DNA of 64,000 bases from positions 310,001-374,000 of the forward strand of contig JBHGNT010000024.1 in assembly GCA_043228905.1 (NCBI GenBank). Reading direction: 5' to 3'. Made by a program: the position numbers and the translations under genes. Below are positions 26,401-40,300 of this stretch, in pieces. How positions within the stretch are numbered: position 1 is the stretch's first letter; each line of letters begins with the position of its first letter. The notes beneath the pieces are model-generated. The model did not search any database. It saw only the letters and a program-made list of their open reading frames with translations, and was not told the origin of the DNA. The DNA comes from Azolla caroliniana (Eukaryota > Plantae > Polypodiophyta).

Positions 26401-29400
26401 CTTGAGTAAATTAAAATGTTCATACCTGGCTCGTGCGATATCGAATTTTTGTGTTCAAACATGCGAATCGAAGCTAACAACGCTACCTATGATATGGAAT
26501 TAAAAAATCAAGATTTTAGAACTCAGGTCGAGAGACATGACGAAAATAGCAAGCTTGAGGAGGGAGTTGAGAGGAGCCCTTGAGTAAATTAAAATGTTCA
26601 TACCTGGCTCGTGTAATATCGAATTTTTCTGTTCAAACATGCGAATCGAAGCTAACAACGCTACCTACGATATGGAATTAAAAAATCAAGATTTTGAAAC
26701 TCAAGTCCAGAGACATGACGAAATTACCTAATTTGAGGAGTGAGTTGAGAAGAGCTAGTAGGTAAATTTAAATGTTCATACCTGGCTCGTGTCATATCGG
26801 ATTTATGTGTTCAAATATGAGAATCGAAGCTAACAACGCTAGCTATGATATGGAATTAAAAAATCAAGATTTTAAAACTCAAGTCCAGAGACATGACGAA
26901 ATTACCTAATTTGAGGAGTGAGTTGAGAAGAGCTAGTAGGTAAATTAAAATGTACATACCTGGCTCGTGTCATATCGGATTTATGTGTTCAAATATGCGA
27001 ATCGAAGATAAGGAACGTTAGCTATGATATGGAATTAAAAAATCAAGATTTTGAAACTCAGGTCGAGAGACATGACGAAAATAGCAAACTTGAGGAGGGA
27101 GTTGAGAGGAGCCCTTGAGTAAATTAAAATGTTCATACCTGGCTCGTGTGATATCGGATTTTTGTGTTCAAACATGCAAATCGAAGCTAACAAGGCTAGC
27201 TATGATATGGAATTAAAAAATCAAGATTTTAAAACTCAAGTCCAGAGACATGACGAAAATAGCAAACTTGAGGAGGGAGTTGAGAGGAGCCCTTGAGTAA
27301 AGTAAAATGTTCATACCTGGTTCGTGTGATATCGAATTTTTGTGTTCAAACATGCGAATCGAAGCTAACAACGCTACCTATGATATGGAATTAAAAAATC
27401 AAGATTTTAAAACTCAGGTCGAGAGACATGACGAAAATAGCAAACTTGAGGAGGGAGTTGAGAGGAGCCCTTGAGTAAATTAAAATGTTCATACCTTGCT
27501 CGTGTGATATCGGATTTTTGTGTTCAAACATGCAAATCGAAGCTAGCAACGCTAGTTATGATATGGAATTAAAAAATCAGGATTTTGAAACTCAGGTAGA
27601 GAGACATGACGAAAATAGCAAACTTGAGGAGGGAGTTGAGAAGAGCCCTTGAGTAAATTAAAATGTTCATACCTGGCTCGTGCGATATCGAATTTTTGTG
27701 TTCAAACATGCGAATCGAAGCTAACAACGCTACCTATGATATGGAATTAAAAAATCAAGATTTTAGAACTCAGGTCGAGAGACATGACGAAAATAGCAAG
27801 CTTGAGGAGGGAGTTGAGAGGAGCCCTTGAGTAAATTAAAATGTTCATACCTGGCTCGTGTAATATCGAATTTTTCTGTTCAAACATGCGAATCGAAGCT
27901 AACAACGCTACCTACGATATGGAATTAAAAAATCAAGATTTTGAAACTCAAGTCCAGAGACATGACGAAATTACCTAATTTGAGGAGTGAGTTGAGAAGA
28001 GCTAGTAGGTAAATTTAAATGTTCATACCTGGCTCGTGTCATATCGGATTTATGTGTTCAAATATGAGAATCGAAGCTAACAACGCTAGCTATGATATGG
28101 AATTAAAAAATCAAGATTTTAAAACTCAAGTCCAGAGACATGACGAAATTACCTAATTTGAGGAGTGAGTTGAGAAGAGCTAGTAGGTAAATTAAAATGT
28201 ACATACCTGGCTCGTGTCATATCGGATTTATGTGTTCAAATATGCGAATCGAAGATAACAACGTTAGCTATGATATGGAATTAAAAAATCAAGATTTTGA
28301 AACTCAGGTCGAGAGACATGACGAAAATAGCAAACTTGAGGAGGGAGTTGAGAAGAGCCCTTGAGTAAATTAAAACGTTCATACCTGGCTCGTGTGATAT
28401 CGAATTTTTGTGTTCAAACATGCGAATCGAAGCTAACAACGCTACCTATGATATGGAATTAAAAAATCAAGATTTTAAAACTCAGGTCGAGAGACATGAC
28501 GAAAATAGCAAACTTGAGGAGGGAGTTGAGAGGAGCCCTTGAGTAAAGTAAAATGTTCATACCTGGCTCGTGTGATATCGAATTTTTGTGTTCAAACATG
28601 CGAATCGAAGCTAACAACGCTACCTATGATATGGAATTAAAAAATCAAGATTTTGAAACTCAAGTCCAGAGACATGACGAAAATAGCAAACTTGAGGAGG
28701 GAGTTGAGAAGAGCCCTTGAGTAAATTAAAACGTTCATACCTGGCTCGTGTGATATCGAATTTTTGTGTTCAAACATGCGAATCGAAGCTAACAACGCTA
28801 CCTATGATATGGAATTAAAAAATCAAGATTTTGAAACTCAGGTCGAGAGACATGACGAAAATAGCAAACTTGAGGAGGGAGTTGACAAGAGCCCTTGAGT
28901 AAATTAAAATGTTCATACCTGGTTCGTGTGATATCGAATTTTTGTGTTCAAACATGCGAATCGAAGCTAACAACGCTAGCTATGATATGGAATTAAAAAA
29001 TCAAGATTTTGAAACTCAAGTCCAGAGACATGACGAAATTACCTAATTTGAGGAGTGAGTTGAGAAGAGCTAGTAGGTAAATTTAAATGTTCATACCTGG
29101 CTCGTGTCATATCGGATTTATGTGTTCAAATATGCGAATCGAAGCTAACAACGCTAGCTATGATATGGAATTAAAAAATCAAGATTTTAAAACTCAAGTC
29201 CAGAGACATGACGAAATTACCTAATTTGAGGAGTGAGTTGAGAAGAGCTAGTAGGTAAATTAAAATGTTCATACCTGGCTCGTGTCATATCGGATTTATG
29301 TGTTCAAATATGCGAATCGAAGCTAACAACGTTAGCTATGATATGGAATTAAAAAATCAAGATTTTGAAACTCAGGTCGAGAGACATGATGAAAATAGCA

Positions 29401-32400
29401 AACTTGAGGAGGGAGTTGAGAAGAGCCCTTGAGTAAATTAAAATGTTCATACTTGGCTCGTGTGATATCGAATTTTTGTATTCAAACATGCGAATCGAAG
29501 CTAACAACGCTAGCTATGATATGGAATTAAAAAATCAAGATTTTAAAACTCAGGTCGAGAGACATGACGAAAATAGCAAACTTGAGGAGGGAGTTGAGAG
29601 GAGCCCTTGAGTAAAGTAAAATGTTCATACCTGGCTCGTGTGATATCGGATTTTTGTGTTCAAACATGCGAATCGAAGCTAATAACGCTAGCTATGATAT
29701 GGAATTAAAAAATCAAGATTTTGAAACTCAGGTCGAGAGACATGACGAAAATAGCAAACTTGAGGAGGGAGTTGAGAAGAGCCCTTGAGTAAATTAAAAC
29801 GTTCATACCTGGCTCGTGTGATATCGAATTTTTGTGTTCAAACATGCGAATCGAAGCTAACAACGCTACCTATGATATGGAATTAAAAAATCAAGATTTT
29901 AAAACTCAGGCCGAGAGACATGACGAAAATAGCAAACTTGAGGAGGGAGTTGAGAGGAGCCCTTGAGTAAAGTAAAATGTTCATACCTGGCTCGTGTGCT
30001 ATCGAATTTTTGTGTTCAAACATGCGAATCGAAGCTAACAACGCTACCTATGATATGGAATTAAAAAATCAAGATTTTGAAACTCAAGTCGAGAGACATG
30101 ACGAAAATAGCAAACTTGAGGAGGGAGTTGAGAAGAGCTAGTAGGTAAATTAAAATGTTCATACCTGGCTCGTGTCATATCGGATTTATGTGTTCAAATA
30201 TGCGAATCGAAGCTAACAACGCTAGCTATGATATGGAATTAAAAAATCATGATTTTGAAATTCAGGTCGAGAGACATGACGAAAATAGCAAACTTGAGGA
30301 GGGAGTTGAGAAGATCCCTTCAGTAAATTAAAATGTTCATACCTGGCTCGTGTGATATCGAATTTTTGTGTTCAAACATGCGAATCGAAGCTAACAACGC
30401 TACCTATGATATGGAATTAAAAAATCAAGATTTTAAAACTCAGGTCGAGAGACATGACGAAAATAGCAAACTTGAGGAGGGAGTTGAGAGGAGCCCTTGA
30501 GTAAATTAAAATGTTCATACCTTGCTCGTGTGATATCGGATTTTTGTGTTCAAACATGCAAATCGAAGCTAGCAACGCTAGTTATGATATGGAATTAAAA
30601 AATCAGGATTTTGAAACTCAGGTAGAGAGACATGACGAAAATAGCAAACTTGAGGAGGGAGTTGAGAAGAGCCCTTGAGTAAATTAAAATGTTCATACCT
30701 GGCTCGTGCGATATCGAATTTTTGTGTTCAAACATGCGAATCGAAGCTAACAACGCTACCTATGATATGGAATTAAAAAATCAAGATTTTAGAACTCAGG
30801 TCGAGAGACATGACGAAAATAGCAAGCTTGAGGAGGGAGTTGAGAGGAGCCCTTGAGTAAATTAAAATGTTCATACCTGGCTCGTGTAATATCGAATTTT
30901 TCTGTTCAAACATGCGAATCGAAGCTAACAACGCTACCTACGATATGGAATTAAAAAATCAAGATTTTGAAACTCAAGTCCAGAGACATGACGAAATTAC
31001 CTAATTTGAGGAGTGAGTTGAGAAGAGCTAGTAGGTAAATTTAAATGTTCATACCTGGCTCGTGTCATATCGGATTTATGTGTTCAAATATGAGAATCGA
31101 AGCTAACAACGCTAGCTATGATATGGAATTAAAAAATCAAGATTTTAAAACTCAAGTCCAGAGACATGACGAAATTACCTAATTTGAGGAGTGAGTTGAG
31201 AAGAGCTAGTAGGTAAATTAAAATGTACATACCTGGCTCGTGTCATATCGGATTTATGTGTTCAAATATGCGAATCGAAGATAAGGAACGTTAGCTATGA
31301 TATGGAATTAAAAAATCAAGATTTTGAAACTCAGGTCGAGAGACATGACGAAAATAGCAAACTTGAGGAGGGAGTTGAGAAGAGCCCTTGAGTAAATTAA
31401 AACGTTCATACCTGGCTCGTGTGATATCGAATTTTTGTGTTCAAACATGCGAATCGAAGCTAACAACGCTACCTATGATATGGAATTAAAAAATCAAGAT
31501 TTTAAAACTCAGGTCGAGAGACATGACGAAAATAGCAAACTTGAGGAGGGAGTTGAGAGGAGCCCTTGAGTAAAGTAAAATGTTCATACCTGGCTCGTGT
31601 GATATCGAATTTTTGTGTTCAAACATGCGAATCGAAGCTAACAACGCTACCTATGATATGGAATTAAAAAATCAAGATTTTGAAACTCAAGTCGAGAGAC
31701 ATGACGAAAATAGCAAACTTGAGGAGGGAGTTGAGAAGAGCTAGTAGGTAAATTAAAATGTTCATACCTGGCTCGTGTCATATCGGATTTATGTGTTCAA
31801 ACATGCGAATCGAAGCTAACAACGCTACCTATGATATGGAATTAAAAAATCAAGATTTTGAAACTCAGGTCGAGAGACATGACGAAAATAGCAAACTTGA
31901 GGAGGGAGTTGACAAGAGCCCTTGAGTAAATTAAAATGTTCATACCTGGTTCGTGTGATATCGAATTTTTGTGTTCAAACATGCGAATCGAAGCTAACAA
32001 CGCTAGCTATGATATGGAATTAAAAAATCAAGATTTTGAAACTCAAGTCCAGAGACATGACGAAATTACCTAATTTGAGGAGTGAGTTGAGAAGAGCTAG
32101 TAGGTAAATTTAAATGTTCATACCTGGCTCGTGTCATATCGGATTTATGTGTTCAAATATGCGAATCGAAGCTAACAACGCTAGCTATGATATGGAATTA
32201 AAAAATCAAGATTTTAAAACTCAAGTCCAGAGACATGACGAAATTACCTAATTTGAGGAGTGAGTTGAGAAGAGCTAGTAGGTAAATTAAAATGTTCATA
32301 CCTGGCTCGTGTCATATCGGATTTATGTGTTCAAATATGCGAATCGAAGCTAACAACGTTAGCTATGATATGGAATTAAAAAATCAAGATTTTGAAACTC

Positions 32401-33821
32401 AGGTCGAGAGACATGATGAAAATAGCAAACTTGAGGAGGGAGTTGAGAAGAGCCCTTGAGTAAATTAAAATGTTCATACTTGGCTCGTGTGATATCGAAT
32501 TTTTGTATTCAAACATGCGAATCGAAGCTAACAACGCTAGCTATGATATGGAATTAAAAAATCAAGATTTTAAAACTCAGGTCGAGAGACATGACGAAAA
32601 TAGCAAACTTGAGGAGGGAGTTGAGAGGAGCCCTTGAGTAAAGTAAAATGTTCATACCTGGCTCGTGTGATATCGGATTTTTGTGTTCAAACATGCGAAT
32701 CGAAGCTAATAACGCTAGCTATGATATGGAATTAAAAAATCAAGATTTTGAAACTCAGGTCGAGAGACATGACGAAAATAGCAAACTTGAGGAGGGAGTT
32801 GAGAAGAGCCCTTGAGTAAATTAAAACGTTCATACCTGGCTCGTGTGATATCGAATTTTTGTGTTCAAACATGCGAATCGAAGCTAACAACGCTACCTAT
32901 GATATGGAATTAAAAAATCAAGATTTTAAAACTCAGGCCGAGAGACATGACGAAAATAGCAAACTTGAGGAGGGAGTTGAGAGGAGCCCTTGAGTAAAGT
33001 AAAATGTTCATACCTGGCTCGTGTGCTATCGAATTTTTGTGTTCAAACATGCGAATCGAAGCTAACAACGCTACCTATGATATGGAATTAAAAAATCAAG
33101 ATTTTGAAACTCAAGTCGAGAGACATGACGAAAATAGCAAACTTGAGGAGGGAGTTGAGAAGAGCTAGTAGGTAAATTAAAATGTTCATACCTGGCTCGT
33201 GTCATATCGGATTTATGTGTTCAAATATGCGAATCGAAGCTAACAACGCTAGCTATGATATGGAATTAAAAAATCATGATTTTGAAATTCAGGTCGAGAG
33301 ACATGACGAAAATAGCAAACTTGAGGAGGGAGTTGAGAAGATCCCTTGAGTAAATTAAAATGTTCATACCTGGCTCGTGTGATATCGAATTTTTGTGTTC
33401 AAACATGCGAATCGAAGCTAACAACGCTACCTATGATATGGAATTAAAAAATCAAGATTTTAAAACTCAGGTCGAGAGACATGACGAAAATAGCAAACTT
33501 GAGGAGGGAGTTGAGAGGAGCCCTTGAGTAAATTAAAATGTTCATACCTTGCTCGTGTGATATCGGATTTTTGTGTTCAAACATGCAAATCGAAGCTAGC
33601 AACGCTAGTTATGATATGGAATTAAAAAATCAGGATTTTGAAACTCAGGTAGAGAGACATGACGAAAATAGCAAACTTGAGGAGGGAGTTGAGAAGAGCC
33701 CTTGAGTAAATTAAAATGTTCATACCTGGCTCGTGCGATATCGAATTTTTGTGTTCAAACATGCGAATCGAAGCTAACAACGCTACCTATGATATGGAAT
33801 TAAAAAATCAAGATTTTAGAA
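23496..33821 (+). repeat. Local HOR, 17-monomer unit in 3 copies arranged 17+7+17+17 (equivalently a 24-mer duplication followed by a 17-mer duplication)
   Basis: GCAAGCTT marker (AAGCTT) at 23525, 26551, 27798, 30824, 33851 (steps 3026, 1247, 3026, 3027); ACTCAGGCCG at 25631, 29904, 32931; GTGTGCTATC, GCTAATAACG and AATCATGAT each present in the same three copies. Confidence 0.88.
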
Positions 33822-35068
33822 CTCAGGTCGAGAGACATGACGAAAATAGCAAGCTTGAGGAGGGAGTTGAGAGGAGCCCTTGAGTAAATTAAAATGTTCA
33901 TACCTGGCTCGTGTAATATCGAATTTTTCTGTTCAAACATGCGAATCGAAGCTAACAACGCTACCTACGATATGGAATTAAAAAATCAAGATTTTGAAAC
34001 TCAAGTCCAGAGACATGACGAAATTACCTAATTTGAGGAGTGAGTTGAGAAGAGCTAGTAGGTAAATTTAAATGTTCATACCTGGCTCGTGTCATATCGG
34101 ATTTATGTGTTCAAATATGAGAATCGAAGCTAACAACGCTAGCTATGATATGGAATTAAAAAATCAAGATTTTAAAACTCAAGTCCAGAGACATGACGAA
34201 ATTACCTAATTTGAGGAGTGAGTTGAGAAGAGCTAGTAGGTAAATTAAAATGTACATACCTGGCTCGTGTCATATCGGATTTATGTGTTCAAATATGCGA
34301 ATCGAAGATAAGGAACGTTAGCTATGATATGGAATTAAAAAATCAAGATTTTGAAACTCAGGTCGAGAGACATGACGAAAATAGCAAACTTGAGGAGGGA
34401 GTTGAGAAGAGCCCTTGAGTAAATTAAAACGTTCATACCTGGCTCGTGTGATATCGAATTTTTGTGTTCAAACATGCGAATCGAAGCTAACAACGCTACC
34501 TATGATATGGAATTAAAAAATCAAGATTTTAAAACTCAGGTCGAGAGACATGACGAAAATAGCAAACTTGAGGAGGGAGTTGAGAGGAGCCCTTGAGTAA
34601 AGTAAAATGTTCATACCTGGCTCGTGTGATATCGAATTTTTGTGTTCAAACATGCGAATCGAAGCTAACAACGCTACCTATGATATGGAATTAAAAAATC
34701 AAGATTTTGAAACTCAAGTCGAGAGACATGACGAAAATAGCAAACTTGAGGAGGGAGTTGAGAAGAGCTAGTAGGTAAATTAAAATGTTCATACCTGGCT
34801 CGTGTCATATCGGATTTATGTGTTCAAATATGCGAATCGAAGCTAACAACGCTAGCTATGATATGGAATTAAAAAATCAAGATTTTGAAATTCAGGTCGA
34901 GAGACATGACGAAAATAGCAAACTTGAGGAGGGAGTTGAGAAGATCCCTTGAGTAAATTAAAATGTTCATACCTGGCTCGTGTAATATCGAATTTTTGTG
35001 TTCAAACATCCGAATCGAAGCGAACAATGCTAGCTATGATATGGAATTAAAAAATCAAGATTTTAAAA

Positions 35069-36492
35069 CTCAAGTCCAGAGACATGACGAAAATAGCAAA
35101 CTTGAGGAGGGAGTTGAGAGGAGCCCTTGAGTAAAGTAAAATGTTCATACCTGGCTCGTGTGATATTGGATTTTTGTGTTCAAACATGCGAATCGAAGCT
35201 GGCGACGCTTCCTATGACATGGAATTAAAAAATCAAGATTTTGAAACTCAGGTCGAGAGACATGACGAAAATAACAAACCTTAGGAGGGAGTTGAGAGGA
35301 GCCCTTGAGTAAATTAAAATGTTCATACCTGGCTCGTGTGATATCGGATTTTTGTGTTCAAACATGCAAATCGAAGCTAACAATGCTAGCTATGATATGG
35401 AATTAAAAAATCAAGATTTTAAAACTCAAGTCCAGAGACATGACGAAAATAGCAAACTTGAGGAGGGAGTTGAGAGGAGCCCTTGAGTAAAGTAAAATGT
35501 TCATACCTGGCTCGTGTGATATTCGATTTTTGTGTTCAAACATGCGAATCGAAGCTGGCGACGCTTCCTATGACATGGAATTAAAAAATCAAGATTTTGA
35601 AACTCAGGTCCAGAGACATGACGAAAATAGCAAACTTGAGGAGGGAGTTGAGAAGATCCCTTGAGTAAATTAAAATGTTCATACCTGGCTCGTGTGATAT
35701 CGAATTTTTGTGTTCAAACATCCGAATCGAAGCGAACAATGCTAGCTATGATATGGAATTAAAAAATCAAGATTTTAAAACTCAAGTCCAGAGACATGAC
35801 GAAAATAGCAAACTTGAGGAGGGAGTTGAGAGGAGCCCTTGAGAAAAGTAAAATGTTCATACCTGGCTCGTGTGATATTGGATTTTTGTGTTCAAACATG
35901 CGAATCGAAGCTGGCGACGCTTCCTATGACATAGAATTAAAAAATCAAGATTTTGAAACTCAGGTCGAGAGACATGACGAAAATAACAAACCTTAGGAGG
36001 GAGTTGAGAGGAGCCCTTGAGTAAAGTAAAATGTTCATACCTGGCTCGTGTGATATCGGATTTTTGTGTTCAAACATGCAAATCGAAGCTAACAATGCTA
36101 GCTATGATATGGAATTAAAAAATCAAGATTTTAAAACTCAAGTCCAGAGACATGACGAAAATAGCAAACTTGAGGAGGGAGTTGAGAGGAGCCCTTGAGT
36201 AAAGTAAAATGTTCATACCTGGCTCGTGTGATATTGGATTTTTGTGTTCAAACATGCGAATCGAAGCTGGCGACGCTTCCTATGACATGGAATTAAAAAA
36301 TCAAGATTTTGAAACTCAGGTCGAGAGACATGACGAAAATAACAAACCTTAGGAGGGAGTTGAGAGGAGCCCTTGAGTAAATTAAAATGTTCATACCTGG
36401 CTCGTGTGATATCGGATTTTTGTGTTCAAACATGCAAATCGAAGCTAACAATGCTAGCTATGATATGGAATTAAAAAATCAAGATTTTAAAA
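35069..36492 (+). repeat. Local dimeric HOR (356 bp), 4 copies
   Basis: ATATT(G/C)G...GCTGGCGACGCTTCCTATGACAT monomer recurs at 35163, 35519, 35875, 36231 (356-bp steps). Confidence 0.82.
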
Positions 36493-37382
36493 CTCAAGTC
36501 CAGAGACATGACGAAATTACCTAATTTGAGGAGTGAGTTGAGAAGAGCTAGTAGGTAAATTTAAATGTTCATACCTGGCTCGTGTGATATCGGATTTATG
36601 TGTTCAAATATGCGAATCGAAGCTAACAACGCTAGCTATGATATGGAATAAAAAAATCAAGATTTTGAAACTCAGGTCGAGAGACATGACGAAAATAGCA
36701 AACTTGAGGAGGGAGTTGAGAAGAGCCCTTGAGTAAATTAAAACGTTCATACCTTGCTCGTGTGATATCGAATTTTTGTGTTCAAACATGCGAATCGAAG
36801 CTAACAACGCTACCTATGATATGGAATTAAAAAATCAAGATTTTAAAATTCAGGTCGAGAGACATGACGAAAATAGCAAACTTGAGGAGGGAGTTGAGAG
36901 GAGCCCTTGAGTAAAGTAAAATGTTCATACCTGGCTCGTGTGATATCGAATTTTTGTGTTCAAACATGCGAATCGAAGCTAACAACGCTACCTATGATAT
37001 GGAATTAAAAAATCAAGATTTTAAAACTCAGGTCGAGAGACATTACGAAAATAGCAAACTTGAGGAGGGAGTTGAGAGGAGCCCTTGAGTAAATTAAAAT
37101 GTTCATACCTTGCTCGTGTGATATCGGATTTTTGTGTTCAAACATGCAAATCGAAGCTAGCAACGCTAGCTATGATATGGAATTAAAAAATCAGGATTTT
37201 GAAACTCAGGTAGAGAGACATGACGAAAATAGCAAACTTGAGGAGGGAGTTGAGAAGAGCCCTTGAGTAAATTAAAATTTTCATACCTGGCTCGTGCGAT
37301 ATCGAATTTTTGTGTTCAAACATGCGAATCGAAGCTAACAACGCTACCTATGATATGGAATTAAAAAATCAAGATTTTAGAA

Positions 37383-40300
37383 CTCAGGTCGAGAGACATG
37401 ACGAAAATAGCAAGCTTGAGGAGGGAGTTGAGAGGAGCCCTTGAGTAAATTAAAATGTTCATACCTGGCTCGTGTGATATCGAATTTTTCTATTCAAACA
37501 TGCGAATCGAAGCTAACAACGCTACCTAAGATATGGAATTAAAAAATCAAGATTTTGAAACTCAAGTCCAGAGACATGACGAAATTACCTAATTTGAGGA
37601 GTGAGTTGAGAAGAGCTAGTAGGTAAATTTAAATGTTCATACCTGGCTCGTGTGATATCGGATTTATGCGAATCGAAGCTAACAACGCTACCTATGATAT
37701 GGAATTAAAAAATCAAGCTTTTGAAACTCAAGTCGAGAGAAATGACGAAAATAGCAAACTTGAGGAGGGAGTTGAGAAGAGCTAGTAGGTAAATTTAAAT
37801 GTTCATACCTGGCTCGTGTCATATCGGATTTATGTGTTCAAATATGCGAATCGAAGCTAACAACGCTAGCTATGATATGGAATTAAAAAATCTAGATTTT
37901 AAAACTCAAGTCCAGAGACATGACGAAATTACCTAATTTGAGGAGTGAGTTGAGAAGAGCTAGTAGGTAAATTTAAATGTTCATACCTGGCTCGTGTCAT
38001 ATCGGATTTATGTGTTCAAATATGTGAATCGAAGCTAACAACGTTAGCTATGATATGGAATTAAAAAATCAAGATTTTGAAACTCAGGTCGAGAGACATG
38101 AAGAAAATAGCAAACTTGAGGAGGGAGTTGAGAAGAGCCCTTGAGTAAATTAAAATGTTCATACCTGGCTCGTGTGATATCGAATTTTTGTGTTCAAACA
38201 TGCGAATCGAAGCTAACAACGCTACCTATGATATGGAATTAAAAAATCAAGATTTTAAACCTCAAGTCCAGAGACATGACGAAATTACCTAATTTGAGGA
38301 GTGAGTTGAGAAGAGCTAGTAGGTAAATTTAAATGTTCATACCTGGCTCGTGTCATATCGGATTTATGTGTTCAAATATGTGAATCGAAGCTAACAACGT
38401 TAGCTATGATATGGAATTAAAAAACCAAGATTTTGAAACTCAGGTCGAGAGACATGAAGAAAATAGCAAACTTGAGGAGGGAGTTGAGAAGAGCCCTTGA
38501 GTAAATTAAAATGTTCATACTTGGCTCGTGTGATATCGAATTTTTGTGTTCAAACATGCAAATCGAAGCTAGGAATGCTAGCTATGATATGGAATTAAAA
38601 AATCAGGATTTTGAAACTCAGGTCGAGAGACATGACGAAAATAGCAAACTTGAGGAGGGAGTTGAGAGGAGCCCTTGAGTAAAGTAAAATGTTCATACCT
38701 AGCTCGTGTGATATTGGATTTTTGTGTTCAAACATGCGAATGGAAGCTGGCGACGCTTCCTATGATATGGAATTAAAAAATCAAGATTTTGAAACTCAGG
38801 TCGAGAGACATGACGAAAATAACAAACCTTAGGAGGGAGTTGAGAGGAGCCCTTGAGTAAATTAAAATGTTCATACCTGGCTCGTGTGATATCGGATTTT
38901 TGTGTTCAAACATGCAAATCGAAGCTAACAATGCTAGCTATGATATGGAATTAAAAAATCAAGATTTTAAAACTCAAGTCCAGAGACATGACGAAATTAC
39001 CTAATTTGAGGAGTGAGTTGAGAAGAGCTAGTAGGTAAATTTAAATGTTCATACCTAGCTCGTGTGATATCGGATTTATGTGTTCAAATATGCGAATCGA
39101 AGCTAACAACGCTAGCTATGATATGGAATTAAAAAATCAAGATTGTGAAACTCAGGTCGAGAGACATGACGAAAATAGCAAACTTGAGGAGGGAGTTGAG
39201 AAGAGCCCTTGAGTAAATTAAAACGTTCATACCTGGCTCGTGCGATATCGAATTTTTGTGTTCAAACATGCGAATCGAAGCTAACAACGCTACCTATGAT
39301 ATGGAATTAAAAAATCAAGATTTTAGAACTCAGGTCGAGAGACATGACGAAAATAGCAAGCTTGAGGAGGGACTTGAGAGGAGCCCTTGAGTAAATTAAA
39401 ATGTTCATACCTGGCTCGTGTGATATCGAATTTTTCTGTTCAAACATGCGAATCGAAGCTAACAACGCTACCTAAGATATGGAATTAAAAAATCAAGATT
39501 TTGAAACTCAAGTCCAGAGGCATGACGAAATTACCTAATTTGAGGAGTGAGTTGAGAAGAGCTAGTAGGTAAATTTAAATGTTCATACCTGGCTCGTGTG
39601 ATATCGGATTTATGTGTTCAAATATGCGAATCGAAGCTAACAACGCTACCTATGATATGGAATTAAAAAATCAAGCTTTTGAAACTCAAGTCGAGAGAAA
39701 TGACGAAAATAGCAAACTTGAGGAGGGAGTTGAGAAGAGCTAGTAGGTAAATTTAAATGTTCATACCTGGCTCGTGTCATATCGGATTTATGTGTTCAAA
39801 TATGCGAATCGAAGCTAACAACGCTAGCTATGATATGGAATTAAAAAATCTAGATTTTAAAACTCAAGTCCAGAGACATGACGAAATTACCTAATTTGAG
39901 GAGTGAGTTGAGAAGAGCTAGTAGGTAAATTTAAATGTTCATACCTGGCTCGTGTCATATCGGATTTATGTGTTCAAATATGTGAATCGAAGCTAACAAC
40001 GTTAGCTATGATATGGAATTAAAAAATCAAGATTTTGAAACTCAGGTCGAGAGACATGAAGAAAATAGCAAACTTGAGGAGGGAGTTGAGAAGAGCCCTT
40101 GAGTAAATTAAAATGTTCATACTTGGCTCGTGTGATATCGAATTTTTGTGTTCAAACATGCGAATCGAAGCTAACAACGCTAGCTATGATATGGAATTAA
40201 AAAATCAAGATTTTAAACCTCAAGTCCAGAGACATGACGAAATTACCTAATTTGAGGAGTGAGTTGAGAAGAGCTAGTAGGTAAATTTAAATGTTCATAC

